Origin: Lama glama
Lineage: Eukaryota
Direction: 5' to 3'
Assembly (NCBI GenBank): GCA_028534125.1
Contig: CM052817.1
Location: 15,564,001 to 15,628,000 of the forward strand
DNA length: 64,000 bases
Positions 51,040 through 64,000 of the stretch are shown here, piece after piece (the stretch's first letter is position 1; each line of letters starts with the position of its first letter). The notes below the pieces were generated by a model. That model made no database searches. It was not told where the DNA came from and saw only the letters and a list, made by a program, of their open reading frames with translations. The position numbers and the translations under genes were made by a program.

Positions 51040-51405
51040 ATATTAATCAGAATAGATGAGGCTAAACCATAACATAAAGTAAACCCATAATATCAATGTT
51101 TTAAATATGACATTTTGTTTCTTTCTTATGCAAATAAATGAGAAATAAGCAAAGTTATCAACATGTCTTTATTGGAATTGTGTTCCATGTAGTGAGATTC
51201 AGTGACCCAATGTACTTTGATTTTGCTGCTCTGCCAGCTACAGGTGAGACTTTTCCACTGCCAAGTCTGAAAGTGACAAGTGTCACTTCTGTTCACAGTC
51301 TATTGGCCATAACTTGTCATATGATCCCATCTAATTATAATAAGGACTAGAAAACAGTGACTCCTGTGCCTAGAAAAGATAGAAGAACTAGATGTTAATG
51401 AGAAC
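51040..51405 (-). mobile_element. MLT1 (MLT1J-like) LTR
   Basis: 'aaagtgacaagtgtcacttctgttcacagtctattggccataacttgtcatatgatcccatctaa'. Confidence 0.7.
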
Positions 51406-51689
51406 TATTTTATTTTCTATTTTTTGTTACAACTTATAGAAATTTTTTGTATTGTATTGTAAAATAAATGGGAGATGGTGGGTGCCTGGTTACCATTTTA
51501 ATTGAAAGTACATTATAAACTAAAAACTGAAAGGTTTGAAGACAATATGTGGCTATAATCTTTTGATTGATAAAGAAGAGATAGGGAGATATGGAGAGGA
51601 GAAGAGAAAAAAAAAGAAGGAAAAGGAGGAAGTGTTGAAGTGAGAAGGAGAGGAAAAGAGAGAGGAAAAATAGAGGATGCAAAGGGGTT

Positions 51690-51920
51690 AAGAGTAAGTT
51701 TCAGTTCCTTGGTCATTGTCTTGATTTACCTCCTACAAACATATAACTTAGATCAAGTTATTTGACCTCAGTTTGTCTTAGTTTCTTCATTTGCAAAGTA
51801 GAAATGGTATTAATAGTGTACCCCTTGTGAGGTTATTTTGAAGTATAAATGAGTTAGTATGTGTAACACATCACTTAGATTTGCACCCAGGATGTAATTA
51901 ACACTAAATTTATAAACTTT
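51690..51920 (+). mobile_element. MIR SINE
   Basis: 'caagttatttgacctc...agtttcttcatttgcaaagtag...gtgaggttattttgaagtataaatgagttagtatgtgtaa'. Confidence 0.7.
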
Positions 51921-51989
51921 TATTACAAAGAGAGAGAAGCTAGACATACACATGCAGAAGGAGTAGAAGGCTTGGCTTGCAGAATTATG

Positions 51990-52200
51990 TTTCCTGGTTA
52001 AGGAGTCAGACTCTGAGCCAGACTGCCTTGGTTGAAATTCTACTTTTGCCTCTTAAGGCTTTCTGTCTGTCATGGAACAGGTCCATTAATTTTCCTGTGT
52101 CTCAGTTTTCACAGCTGTCGATTGGGACAACTACCTTAGAGTCACCTGAGCTAATGAATATTAAGTGTTGAACGCAGTGCTGGGCTCATTGTAAAAGCTA
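51990..52200 (+). mobile_element. MIR SINE
   Basis: near-consensus 'tggttaaggagtcagactctgagccagactgccttggttgaaattc...ctgtgtctcagttttc'. Confidence 0.8.
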
Positions 52201-53639
52201 TAAGAAAGTCCCCCCCCCCCGGGTAAGAAGTTTTTTTCTGAGGGTAAAACAAAGTTTATTGACTTTATTGTGCATGTATAGGGGAGTGCATGTATGTGTT
52301 TCAGGAATTTTAATTGGGTTATGTAGTAAAGCTTTCAAACTTGAAAAGTTTAGTAAAATTCCATCACACGGTAAACACATACAGTGTGATGGAAGAACAA
52401 AAGTTCTTTCCACTTTCATTAAGCGAAAGTTTGGAAGAAGTAAAAGATTGGTCTATATCACAACTTCTCATTGTTAAGTCGTCTCTCCTTCATAACTCAT
52501 GAATTTTTTTTTGCAACTTGGACTTTCTAATTTTTAAACAAGTATTTATTCACTTACTCATTTCTCATTTCTCCAGAGAATTTTGTTGTCCAAAACTTAA
52601 AGGCCCAAAGAGGGAGGGTCAAACTTCCATGTTTCTCTATAGTTGAATCAGAAATTTACAGTGAGAAAGCAGACATTCAGACCCACATCTGCTAGCTGAG
52701 ATCTATGTGACACTAAGAAATCATGTAGCCTGAACTCAGGATGAGCTGTCTGGCCAGAAGAATGTACTTTACATTCAGATTTTGTGCTAGTTTCTGTAAT
52801 GTTTTCATTCTAAGGGAAGCTCTATTAAAATTCTTAGGTAAACCACTGGGAACCTCTGCTATTTAATCTGCTTGTTTGTGTGCCCGGTACTATTCTAGAC
52901 TCTGGGAAAATACCACTAAACAGCACAAACAAGGCCCCTGTGTTCATGAAGTGAGCGAGTCAATGAGAAAAAGGCAGCCATACAAACAGACGCAGAATTA
53001 TATATACTGAAAATTGTTAAAAAAAAAAAAGAAATTAATGTCTCATGTACACACAGACTCACTTTTCAACTCGTAAACTATAAAACACATCACTTTAAAA
53101 ATGAAATATCATCTCCTTGCCTATCAAATTGAACTTTAAAACTAATAATAACAGGGTTATTCGTATAAGCAAGAAAGGAAATCAACCAAATATCCAGAAA
53201 GAGAGAAATTCTCCAATGAATTATGGTGCCCTCACACAATGAAAGATTATGCAGTCCTCTGCTCTGAGGGAACATGAGATTAAGCAGTCACAGGACCCTA
53301 CCCTCTGGGCATATCAATGGTAGCACTATGAACTGGGTATCATTTCAGCACATTTAAGACTGAAACAAGAAATAGATCTTCTCAGTTAGCCACCTTGAGT
53401 CGCCTAATTCTATTTATAAGGCTCTTCAACATTAAATGGCTCTTTGAAAACAGTCTTTTCATGCCTTAAGTGCAGTTTGAATCAGAAACACATATATTTG
53501 GTAGCTATTTGAATCACAAAAAAGATTGAGTTTTTGTCAGTTTAAGAGGGATTATCAACTCTGCGTGTCGTATCTTTGAAATGCCAATGGACTCCCATCT
53601 ACAGGATTTTTACTGGAATAAGCACACACTCTTTTGTCA

Positions 53640-53830
53640 GATACAACTTGGTTTGCCTCTCAGCTTTATCCTTGCATTACCTTTGCAAGTTTCCTATGCT
53701 CTCTTCAGTAGATTTTACTTACCTGTAAAATGGGGATTACAGTGACTGGTTTGAAAGTATTGGATGGATTCAGATTTATAGAGCATCTATAACTGAATTT
53801 GGTTCATAACTGACATTTTTTAAAATGATT
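53640..53830 (+). mobile_element. MIR SINE
   Basis: 'acctttgcaagtttcctatgctctct...acctgtaaaatggggattacagt'. Confidence 0.6.
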
Positions 53831-54544
53831 TCATGTCTCTCTTTTTTTTAGGGGGGGGGTAGATTCTATATGCCAGCTGGGAAAACTTAAAGATACCTGG
53901 CTTCGGTTGGGAAGTTAAATCTTTAAGAAGGAAGAAAGAAAGATTGAACTCTAGGTTTGGGGGCGATGGAGGAGGGTTGTCTTTCGTAGTGGCAGAGAAT
54001 GTTAGACCTGCTTTAACTTTAAAACCAAGTGTTATCCAAACTAGAACTTAAATTAGTCCACAGAACTGGCTGGAGATGAGGGAATTCATAGTAATTAATA
54101 GGAGTCCCAGACAAATAGAATGGAGCAGAGACAATTTGGGATTCAGACCAACTGGGTGATCGAGTGTCATAATAAAGTCAGACAGAAAATGAGAACTTTA
54201 ATTTGTCATTCATGTAGTCTGGGGTTGAAGACAAGGTTTCTAGTCTTTCTCAAAGAAAGGTAGGGACTCAAGACTGGTGATAAGTGATGTAATTTTAGGT
54301 GATACAATAATAATTTTAATTAAGTTACTTTCTATGACTACAGAAGATGGTTTAATGAACAATGTAACATTTTCTTTCACAATAAATTGATATAATTTTT
54401 TAAAATAAGTTGGTCTTAGAAAAAAAAGTAAAAACAAGTAACTGTACAGGTGGTACTCCGATATGACCAAAGTAGTGAAGGCAGTGTCCCTAACTGTATA
54501 AAGTTTGGGAACCACTATTCCAGACAAAGTCAAGAAAGAGGGCT

Positions 54545-54879
54545 TATCTTAGGCCATTTGGGTTGCTATGACAACATATCATAACTGGTTGGCTTCTAAG
54601 CAACAAACATTTAATTCTCACAGTTCTGGAGCCTAGAAAGTCCAAGATCCAGGTGCCAACAGGCTCAGTGGCCAGGACTTCCTTCTTCGTGAACAGCTAT
54701 CTTTTCCCCTGTGGTGGGAGTGGCAAGGATGCTTTCCCCAGTCACTGCTGTGAGGGCACGAACCCCATTCGTGAGGGTGCCCTAATCACATCCCAAAGGC
54801 CACAGCACCCCAAGACCATCACCCTCGGGGTTGTTTCAGCAGATGAATTTCGAGGGGACATGAGCATTTAGAGCACAGA
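54545..54879 (-). mobile_element. MLT1A/A0 MaLR solo LTR
   Basis: 'atttgggttgctatgacaacatatcat...aaacatttaattctcacagttctggagcctagaaagtccaagatc...gaatttcgaggggaca'; flanks gggct/gggtt. Confidence 0.85.
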
Positions 54880-55861
54880 GGGTTTAAGAGGAAAGCTGTA
54901 GGATACTCCTAAGCCAGCGCTGTGTGCGAGCTGCCAGCCGTGCGCTGCCCTGAGAACCACTTGAGTGCCCCCAGCTGAGCTCCCAGGGAAGACCGTGTAC
55001 AGAATGCATACCTGGTGAATGTGAGCTCCTTCCTCGGTCTTTTGACCTTTGCCCTGCTCCTTGTCATTTTAAGCACTTCTCATTGGCGATTAGACCTTCT
55101 CTCTCACCAAGTCCGTCAAAAGGGCCGTGATACAGAGGCTGATTTCCATGTCTCCCCCTGGTCCTGAGTGTCTGGGCCTTGACAATTCAGAGAAAGATCA
55201 AGCTTGGTCAGAAACTTCCTTGAATTGCATACTTTACTGAACTTTCAGTAGGACAGGCAATTCTCTTCCTCAATCTCAGACTATTACTCTGCAAAATTTT
55301 AAAGCAAACCAGTGATAGCAAGACCTTTCCATGTGAAGAATGAGGAAGTCAGGCCAGCCTGAATATCTTCCATTTTAGTTGAGAGCACCATTAAGTCCTG
55401 ACCACCGAAATGATAACCGCCAAGAGAGACGCCGTTACAGGCTGGAGATCCGACAGTGGAAAGCAAATGCAGAGATGTAGTTTCTGCTGGTGTTTGGCAA
55501 GCAAACATCCCAGATGTAATTGGACACATGAGCATATCCAGAACCCAAGAAATCAGCATGACCAATGACAGGGAAAGGGGAGTTTAAAAATGTTCTGTCC
55601 TCTTGTCAAGTGCAGGAGGGGCTGGGAGAGGAAAAAACAACACCCAGAGCATGCGGTTCAGCAGAAGGAATCAGATTATTTAGGTCTTTATTACCCAGAG
55701 GTCAGGGGTGTAGACAGTAGGGAAGGAATAAGGCATGTTTTACACATGTCTTCAGTGTTAACTATAATAATGACAAAAACCACTTTGTAGAATAATTGAA
55801 AAAGGAAGGTGTTGTCCATCAAACAACTATTACGGGCTGTTTTACACATGTTATGTCATTT

Positions 55862-56295
55862 TAGTTATTCATTCAACAAATATGTATTGAACACCTAATG
55901 CATTGTTGTTCTAAGCCGGGGAATATCAAAGTGCAGAGGGCAACATCTTTCTCCTCAGGGGACTTGGATCTCAGTGAAATGGATAATGAGTAAAGTAACA
56001 AACATGCAATATAACTTCAGATGGAAATAAATGCTATCAAGAAAAGTTAAGCAGGTAAAGTGACTGAGAAGGCAGGCTTTTGTACAAGAAAAGTGAAGCT
56101 TAAAACTTCAGGAAATCACAGAGCAAGTCAAATGAAAATGCAAGGACTCTTCCAGCCATGGGATGAGCAACTGCCCAGGCCTTAAGGTAGGACTGGGTTT
56201 GATCCATTGAAGGGAGAGCAAAGAGGCCAATATAGTTGGAGCTGAGTGAGCCAGGAAGGGAAGGTTAGACAGAAGCAAGGATGGGACGAGACCAG
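55862..56295 (-). mobile_element. L2 3' portion
   Basis: 'ttcattcaacaaatatgtattgaacaccta', 'aaagaggccaatatagttggagctgagtgagcc'. Confidence 0.8.
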
Positions 56296-56459
56296 GGAGA
56301 CAGCCAGACATCCCAGCAGGAACTTCTCATCCTCATGATCATCTCAGCCTTGCAAAAATCTGTTGAGGGGGGCCTTCTGATCCTGGATTCTATAATTCAG
56401 GAAGCTGGGAAGAGGGTCTCAAAGTTATTAAATGTCTTAGTATATGTGACTTTAATAAG

Positions 56460-56745
56460 ACAGTATATATATTGTGTTACATATATAAGTATATGACATG
56501 TTTATATGTCATTATAATTATATAATAAAGTATACATAATTATATAATACACAATAGTATTATATAATCATTTCTATATTATTGAATAAATATATTTATT
56601 ATATAAGTGTCTTTTATAATATACTCATTATATATGTATATTGACATTTTTACTATACATATATTTATAAATACACATACTATACTATAAGAATGAATAA
56701 ATATATATTATATACATATATAAGTAATGTATAATTATATAAAAT
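56460..56745. repeat. Degenerate AT-rich (TA/TATAA) low-complexity tract
   Basis: ~285 bp almost entirely A/T, e.g. 'attataattatataataaagtatacataattatataatac'. Confidence 0.85.
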
Positions 56746-57489
56746 AGAGAGAGAATATTAGAACCCAGATTTTAAGTTTGCATATCCAATATTCACTTCA
56801 CTGCACTCTATTACTTAAATTACATTCCAAGTGATTTGGAAGTCTAAATGACAGACCATTTAGCAAATCTTCCTTTACAGTTTTAAAATCGGTATTTAAA
56901 CAACTGGATTCCATTCAACACATAATTATTGAGGATATGTATGTATCCAGAAGAGTGCTGCTAAGGATGGGAAAAACTTCTCAGAGAGCCCTTGCAAATC
57001 CAAGAAATTTGCAGTCTTTGTGAAGAAATATTTCAATAGCCACTGGAAACCATTTTTGAAGTCTGGGCAACTGTAGAGATTAGCGGGAGGATACTAGTAT
57101 GGGATACAGGGTCTGGGGGCTAGTTGAAGAGGCTGGTTTGAGTGAACCCTAGAATAGAAAATGTTGTAACCCTGATAACACCAACTCCTTTTTCCTGGAG
57201 TTAACAGTTTGTTAGTTTGCTCATTTGTCAGTTTGTTTGCTTATTTAAAAAAATTCCAAATGAAAAAAATAAATAAGCATGAGTATGGAGTAAATTGCAA
57301 GAAAAAAAGAACAGAAGAGGGCGCCTCTACCAGATATGAGAACATTGTAGGCCATCAGTAATTAAAATACGGTGACACTGCAACGTGAGCAGACAGATAA
57401 TCCAAATGAAGCAAAATGGAAAGTTCAGAAGTATACCCAAGTTGCAGGTGAATGCAATATATGCTCAAGATGGCACCTCCAATCAGTGG

Positions 57490-57925
57490 GTGGTTTACAT
57501 TCCCAGGTCTCCCATGAGAAGTCTCACAAATTAGGTGTTTTAGAACAATAGAAATGTGTTGTCTCACAGCTCTGGAGGCCAAAAGTTCAAAATCAAGGAG
57601 AAGGCAAAGTCACACTTTCTTCGAAGGCTCCACGGAGGCACCCATTCCTGGCCTCGCTGCCAGCTTACGGGGCGTCATGTGTTCCTTGGCTTTTAGATGC
57701 ATATCGTCTCCTTGTGTCTCTTCATATAGTCATCCCTCTGTGAGTGTCCATCTCTGTGTCCAGATTTCCTTTTTATAAAAACACCAATCATATTGGGTTA
57801 GAGTCGACCTTAATGCCCTCATTTAAATTTGATTATCTCTGTGGAGATTTTATTTCACATTCTGGAGTACTTAGGGTTAAGACTTCAACAGACCCTTTTA
57901 GGAGGACACAACTTAATGCATAAAA
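57490..57925 (-). mobile_element. MLT1B/C MaLR solo LTR
   Basis: 'aacaatagaaatgtgttgtctcacagctctggaggccaaaagttcaaaatcaagg', 'ataaaaacaccaatcatattgggttagag', 'gggttaagacttcaaca'. Confidence 0.85.
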
Positions 57926-58925
57926 ATAGGGAAAAACATATTGTGGAAAATAGCCACTAAGAAATATCAAGTTGTACCCATATTTCACATTGGATACCAG
58001 GATAAAATCTAACTAAATCAGAGACTCAAATCTAAAGACTAAACTCATAATGTTTTAGTAAGAAACATGAGTGAATACCTTTAGAGCAAGAAACACTTTC
58101 CTAACTGTACAGCAAAATCTAAAAGTAAAAGACATTGTTGATACATTCAACTATAGAAAAATATTTTTTAAAAATTTGACTAGCAAAAAAAAAAACCCCA
58201 CTAAAATTAAAAGCCAAATACAAAGGACAAAATGCAAGGATATTTTCAAATTCTACCATAAAAGAATATCTCTAAGAGAAAAGAAGTTCTTAAAACTAGA
58301 GAGGAAAAAAGTCCAGAAAATATGCAGAACATAGAAAGCAGACCTTAAACATATGAAAAAAGATCAACTTCATATGTAATAATATAATGAAATATTGAAA
58401 CTACCCTGAAATACTATTTCTTTCTTATCAGCCTAGCAAAATCCAGAAGTTAAACAGCACACTTTCTTGGCAGGACTGTGGGAAAAGGGGCTCTCTCCTG
58501 CACGGATGGCGGGAGTGGGAGGATTGTATCTCTATGAAAGTAAAATCTGGCAATAATTGGAACATTATTCTTGCATTTATACTTTGACTGAGATAAATGA
58601 TTTCCAAAGTGTAACCCAAAATATACAAAAATACTTACTTGCCAAAAGACTGAGGCAGAAGATTATCCACTGTGATATTATTTACAATGGTGAAGGTTAA
58701 TCAATAGGGAAAGGCCTGAATAAACGATGATACCTTCACAGGAAGGAACACTAACAGCCATAAAAAAAAAAAATGACAGTAAAGATCTCTGTACGTTGAT
58801 ACGGAGTGATCTCCATGGTATTTGTTCAGTGAAATAAATAAGGTCTAGAACATGATGTACATTGTGCTTCTTTAGTGTAATAAGTGGGAAGAAATAGGCA
58901 TCTGCTGGTTTTTGTAAATAGTAAA

Positions 58926-59092
58926 GGGGAAGGGTGTAGCTCAGTGGCAGGGTGCATGCTTAGCATGCACAAGGTGCTGGGTTCAATCCTCAGCACCTCC
59001 ATTAATAAGTAAGTAAGTAAATAAAATAAATAAACCTAATTCCTCCCACCCAAAAAATTAAAAAATAAAAATACTGTATTTTAAAAAAAGAA
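58926..59092 (+). mobile_element. tRNA-Ala(AGC)-derived SINE, camelid Vic-1 type
   Basis: tRNA-like head with A box 'tagctcagtgg' and B box 'ggttcaatcc', anticodon arm 'gcatgcttagcatgc', body 'taaataaacctaattcctccc', A-rich tail, TSD aaatagtaaag (58916-58926 / 59093-59103). Confidence 0.88.
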
Positions 59093-60619
59093 AAATAGTA
59101 AAGATAAACACAACACCAATAAGATGGTTATCACGAGGGAAAGATAAAAAATAGGGAAGAGTCTGATTATTTCAGGAGAGAAGTTTGATTTTTTTTAATA
59201 CAGTCTCTATTTCTTATATACTTGTGTTTACATATTCAAAAATTGAATTATATTTTTTCATGAAAAAGTTAGGACACCAATTCCTTTCTCATTCCTTTAT
59301 TTGACAACTAAAAGAAAAGAATTTAGTATGAATCCTGCCTTTTTCTGTAAATCATGTAATGCAATGTAACCAAACAGGAATAGATGAGGTGAAGAAATAG
59401 TTTAAACAGGAATTCCAGTTAACAAATGTGGGAAGAATGACAAAATTAGAAAATCAACATTTTGTGAAGTCCAGTGAAATCACTGATTCAGGTGGTAATC
59501 ATCAATGGATGAGACCATTAAATGAACATTTAATGGAAAATATATTATAGGGATCAACCTGCTATTACCGGAACCCACTGGTTAATCTTAGCATCCTAAA
59601 GGGAGGGGAAGCAGCCATTGTTAGCGTCCGGGTGTGAAGTAATAGAAAGCAAAGCATGAAGTACCCTTGTCAAACCTGAATTTGACTAGAAACTACCTAA
59701 GTTTCTGTAGTTAACTTCCATATGTTAATACCCAGTACCCAAAGGGGACAAGTTAAATGACACAAAAAGAGGTAAAAAGACAAATAAAGAATATATTACA
59801 CTCTGCCTGACAACGGGTGAAGTTGTTGCCTCAGGTCAACAGCATGAAAACTAAAGTGAGAAGCATACGCACTTGATGAAAAAAGTTAAGCATTGCTGCA
59901 AAGAAATGTTAATGGTACCTTGTTTGTCTTATAATTCAAACAAAACAACAATAAAAATATTTTATAGACAATTGGAGAAATCTGACTAGAGACTAACCAT
60001 TAGATAATAGTAAGAAGTGATTAACTTTGTTGGAAATGATAGTAACTTGTTATCTGGCATTTCCTTCAAAACATATGTAAAAAAATTCAAAAGGAAGTAG
60101 ATCAATGAAGCAAAATTGGGGTAATCATCAAATCTCGATAATTGATACATGAGGGGTGATTGTATTTCTTTCCATTTACAAATATGTTAAAAGTATTTCA
60201 TTAATTTAAAAACAAAAGCAAATAAAGAAGGGAAATGTGCATCTAATGTTCAAGATTCCATTTCTAAAGGTCTTTCTCTTTTTTCCCAATTTATATTGGA
60301 GGAGCCACTTGCTCACACCACTGTTCTGCTACCTGCAACCAAGACCTCTGACAGTAGAACTGGGGTGGCAGCAAAAATGAAGGGAAAAGAATTTATATAC
60401 GTAAAAGTTTTCAGACTGCATTTATAGAAAGTCTGACTCTCTGGAAAATCACCAGAATGTACATCAAAGGTGTTTCTGCACATGATTGTATTTACTGATG
60501 AATCACTGAAGTACAAGTAAAAACCCACAAAAATAAAGCTCAAAACACTTCCTATCACAAAGAGTAAACTTTAATGGATACAAGCTTTGTTTTTTTTTAA
60601 ATCTAGGATTCTGAAGAAC

Positions 60620-62181
60620 CCAAAAATGGCATACTGGTTGTGACAGAATAATTATCTAGTCATATTACTAAGTACAAAACAATCTCACTAAAGGAATGAG
60701 GGGGAAAGACATTAATCTGTTCTAAGTAACTTTGGAAATGCGTGGCGTCTGTAAGTCTTAAGGCAAAAAGAATTGTGCATAAGTGCTGTACTCTAGCTAA
60801 CATTATTTCCCAAGGGGGAATGGGTTAACAGCTCTGATACCGCTATACGTATACACTGTAATTGAACAATTAAATAAATGGATGGCAGATGGTGGGAGCC
60901 AGGTTTCTCACTGTTGGAGTGCGAGGTTATAGGTAAGAAAGCAGAAAAGACTAGAATGATCTATGTCGTAAGGGATTCGAGTCAGAGACATCAGTACGAA
61001 TGTGTGTTTACCTTAATATAGATACAGGTGGTTAGACATAGAAATATTTATAGATTGGTGTCTATACACAGGCTCATATACACAAACACACATTCCTCTT
61101 TCTGGCAGCTGAGCATGGCTAGAAGCAACAGCATCCCAGCAGCAAGGGGAACATCCAGAGCCCAGACCTTGGATTCTACTACTGGTCTCCAATGGATGGA
61201 ACCAGAATTCCTGGGAGAAGTGTTTGATTCTCCAAGGGCAAGAAATGTACAAGATAAGCCTGGAACAGAGGGTAGTGACAGCAATTAAACACACACAAAA
61301 TGATCAATGATGGGGGCGTGTGAAAGGGACCCGAGAGCCCATTGAAAGAGCGTCTATTGGACAAAGATAGAATAATCTGAACAACAAAATAAAGTAATAT
61401 TGGATTATAACTTAAAGCATAAAATAAATATCCAGGAGTCCAAACTGATATAAATAAATGATAAATAAATGGGGAAGAAGAGACAAATCTCCCTTACAGG
61501 GTTCCAAACAATTTATGTAGCTAGTCCACCCTCCAGGAGGTGGAGTCTAACTCCCAACTCCTTAAAGGTGGGCTGTCCAGAGTGACTTCCTTTAAAAGAG
61601 CACAGAGAGTATGGGAAGGGGCAGGAAAGAGTGACTGTACAGGGGAGAAACTGACAAACATGACCTAAGGCAAGTGACCGAGGTCTATAGCTATAATGAT
61701 AAGTCATGTTGGCAGTGAGCACCCTTGATATGATGTATTGGATAAGTCTCTTTGATCCCATGATCTTCACTCAAAACTCATTAGCCCAGTCTAATAGTGA
61801 GAAAAAGATCAGACAAAACTGAGGAACATTTTACAAAATATCTGACTAGTCCACCTCTGAACTATCAAGATCATCAGAAACAAGGGCCATTTAAGAAAAG
61901 GTCACATACAAGAGAAGCTCAAGGAGATGTGATTCCTAAATGTAATACGTTATCTTGGGTGGGCTCCTGGAACAGAAAGAGAACATTAGGTCATAACTAA
62001 GGAAATCTGACTAAAGTATTGGCTTTGGTTGATAACGGTGTATCGATATTTGTTCATTAAGGATAACACATGTACCATGCTCATGTAGAATGTTTATAAT
62101 CTGTGAACTCTTTGTACTATCATCCCAATTTTTCTGTAAACCTGTTTCTGTTATAAAAGAACGTACATTTTTTTAAAAAAA
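60620..62181 (+). mobile_element. L1MC/L1MD-type long 3' UTR
   Basis: 'ggatggcagatggtgggagccaggtttctcactgttggagtg', 'ccctccaggaggtggagtctaactccc', 'gaactctttgtactatcatcccaatttttctgtaaacct' plus A-tail. Confidence 0.85.
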
Positions 62182-62984
62182 GACCACAGGTGCATAAGTG
62201 TACGTTGTTTTACGTCTAGAAGCAATCTAGAGATCTCAGTGTAACTCTACCCTCTTACTCGGCACTAAGGAACACTGATGCCCCAAGAGACTAAATGACT
62301 GACAAGTGTGAGATCACATAGTGTCAAAACTTGCTCAGAGTTGTGACCATTTCTCTTCATCCTGAATGATGACACAAGCTCAAGGTGACTTGAACCCAGA
62401 AGGTTTCTTACGAAACTGTGTGAAATCATTTCTGGTCCAGCCATTCTTTTCAAAACATTAATCAAAATTAGTCAAATTCTAAAAAGAGTTGTCCAAAACT
62501 GTTACATCTACTGAGACAATATTTAGCCCGCAAAATTAATAATAGCGTTTTCAATGAGCATCTTCAAACGAAAGCCAAAATTTCTCAGTCACATGGTGCG
62601 ATGCTTCAGTTGGATTCTTGTGGTTTTTATCTGTCTACAGCCTTTAAACCCAAAGTTTTTAGGGCCTCAGGACTGAGCAGGCTTTCAGAAATTAATTGTG
62701 CTAATCAATCTTAGAAGAGACTAAGAGCTCATTTAGGAAGCCATTTTACTGATTCAGCTATAATGAAACATGCAAATGTCTCATAAACCAAGACTGGTGT
62801 TAGCATGATCAGCCCAAAGTTCCTCAGTGGCACAACCAACATGAGAAGCCACGTTATATCCCAAAGTGTGCTCGGCAGAGAACCAGAGCAAGGAAACATG
62901 CCCGTTCTGTTCCATTTGCCCCAGGAAACCACTTCTTTTGGCAATACTTGCAGTCCATCTCATCTCTGCCTCTTTGGTTCTGCT

Positions 62985-63160
62985 GTTGCAGGGTTTGTCA
63001 ATCTGGCCAATGCGAGCATCACCTAGGGAACTCTGAAAAAACACGGATGCTGGGTTTCCCATCTCAGTGTGTCTCTGGAGGGAGGATTCAAACCTTGCCA
63101 CATTAGCACTAGTAAATAGCTCCACAGGTTCATCTAAAAACCACAGCTGAAAAATCACAA
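62985..63160. mobile_element. MER5-like hAT-Charlie remnant
   Basis: 'cagggtttgtcaatctggc...catcacctagggaactctgaaaaaacacggatgctggg...agctccacaggt...gctgaaaaatcac'. Confidence 0.55.
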
Positions 63161-64000
63161 ATCTATATTCTCTATTCCCTTTGATAACCCCCTCACATCA
63201 CTTCTGGAAGCCAAATTATTTTGCTCTGGGACTTTTATTTCAAAGTACTATAAAAGCTAGAATGATAATGAGAACTTCTTATTTTAACAGACAAGTGCTA
63301 CCAGCGTAACACCACACACACTGTATGCTGATGAATTGCAATATTCAATTCCAATAAAATATATCTTTATTCATATACACTTTTATATCACCCTAGATAA
63401 GAAAAGGAATTATATTTCTGCCAGACATTTTCTTAACTTAGAAAAAACCCCGCCAGCTTCTCCCATTTCTACTGAAACTGCCACCTATGTCATGCCACTT
63501 ACATGAGAGATGGGGGCAAGAGGTGGATTTAGTATTTATTAGTTTGTAAAGTGTTACATTCTTATTTTGCAAAGTGTGATTCCTGGTTTTACATGGTTCT
63601 AAATGATCGATTTTCTATGTCGTTCCTTCCCTCCAAGTCCCAGCTCTAGGAGTGGGGTTTGGAGGCGACATGAGACATTGGCTATGACTCATTCATGGGC
63701 TTGTTCATATAAATTACCTTCTTCTCTTCCTGCATTACTTACGGTGTCTGAAAAATTGATCAGATCTTCACTTCAGCAAAGAGAGGACAAGGACACACAC
63801 TAGGAGGGAAACTTGGTCCTAAGGAGTATTTTGTCTTGTTTTTTCTTATTCTTAAATGTTTTCTGTTTCAGTCTGAGAACAGATAGGTATTGTGTTTGAA
63901 AATCAAATGTTTGATTTTGTAAATAGTTACAAAATGTTATTTCTTAAAATAATATAGTAAGTTAAACTAAACAAAGGAATTAAACATTTACAAACATTTA

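Larger units (their letters stand above)
57250..60240 (+). mobile_element. Old L1ME-type ORF2 end and 3' UTR, interrupted by MLT1B and a SINE
   Basis: 'ctaccagatatgagaacattgtaggccatcagtaattaaaatac', 'ggcaggactgtgggaaaaggggctctc', 'aaaattagaaaatcaacattttgtg...gattcagg...atcatcaatggatg'. Confidence 0.7.

Noticed and set aside
55299..55740. Coding-looking GC-balanced segment (88-aa ORF)
   Set aside because: No splice signals or recognisable protein; possibly a very old LINE (L2-like) internal remnant, family not assignable.
57310..57326. CTCF-like acagaagagggcgcc
   Set aside because: It lacks the first C of the CC core start, is a single site and sits inside an L1 remnant.
58926..59001. tRNA-Ala(AGC) gene
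   Set aside because: Extra 5' bases, substitutions, a SINE body, an A-tail and a TSD mark it as a SINE, not a tRNA gene.
1..64000. CRISPR array, operon, rRNA, CpG-island promoter, NUMT or foreign insert
   Set aside because: I saw no regularly spaced repeat-spacer units, long ORFs, CpG island or composition break; the whole window is consistent with mammalian non-coding DNA.

Overview
Mammalian nuclear DNA, AT-rich and CpG-depleted with no CpG island. It is most likely camelid (camel/alpaca/llama): there is a tRNA-Ala(AGC)-derived Vic-1-type SINE at ~58.9 kb and artiodactyl-type L1 3' ends and LTRs, and I saw no Alu, B1/B2, Bov-tA/BovB or PRE1. The window is intergenic or intronic. Much of it is old repeats (MIR, L2, L1M/HAL1, MLT1/MLT2, LTR16/33, MER44, MER5). 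It also has four ERV1-type solo LTRs at 12-20 kb, three younger L1 3' fragments, and several repeat-free blocks rich in homeobox/POU motifs that look like enhancers. No ORF in the supplied track is a credible gene. The only coding candidate is a possible unassigned terminal exon at 4056-4211 (+). I found no new multi-gene biological system. The best-supported oddities are mechanistic: an L1 with both a twin-priming inversion and a 3' transduction, a solo LTR with a 13-bp rather than 4-bp target-site duplication, a MER44 flanked by TG rather than TA, and a pair of CTCF-like direct repeats. Repeat family names come from remembered consensus sequences, not a database search, and boundaries of old repeats are approximate.
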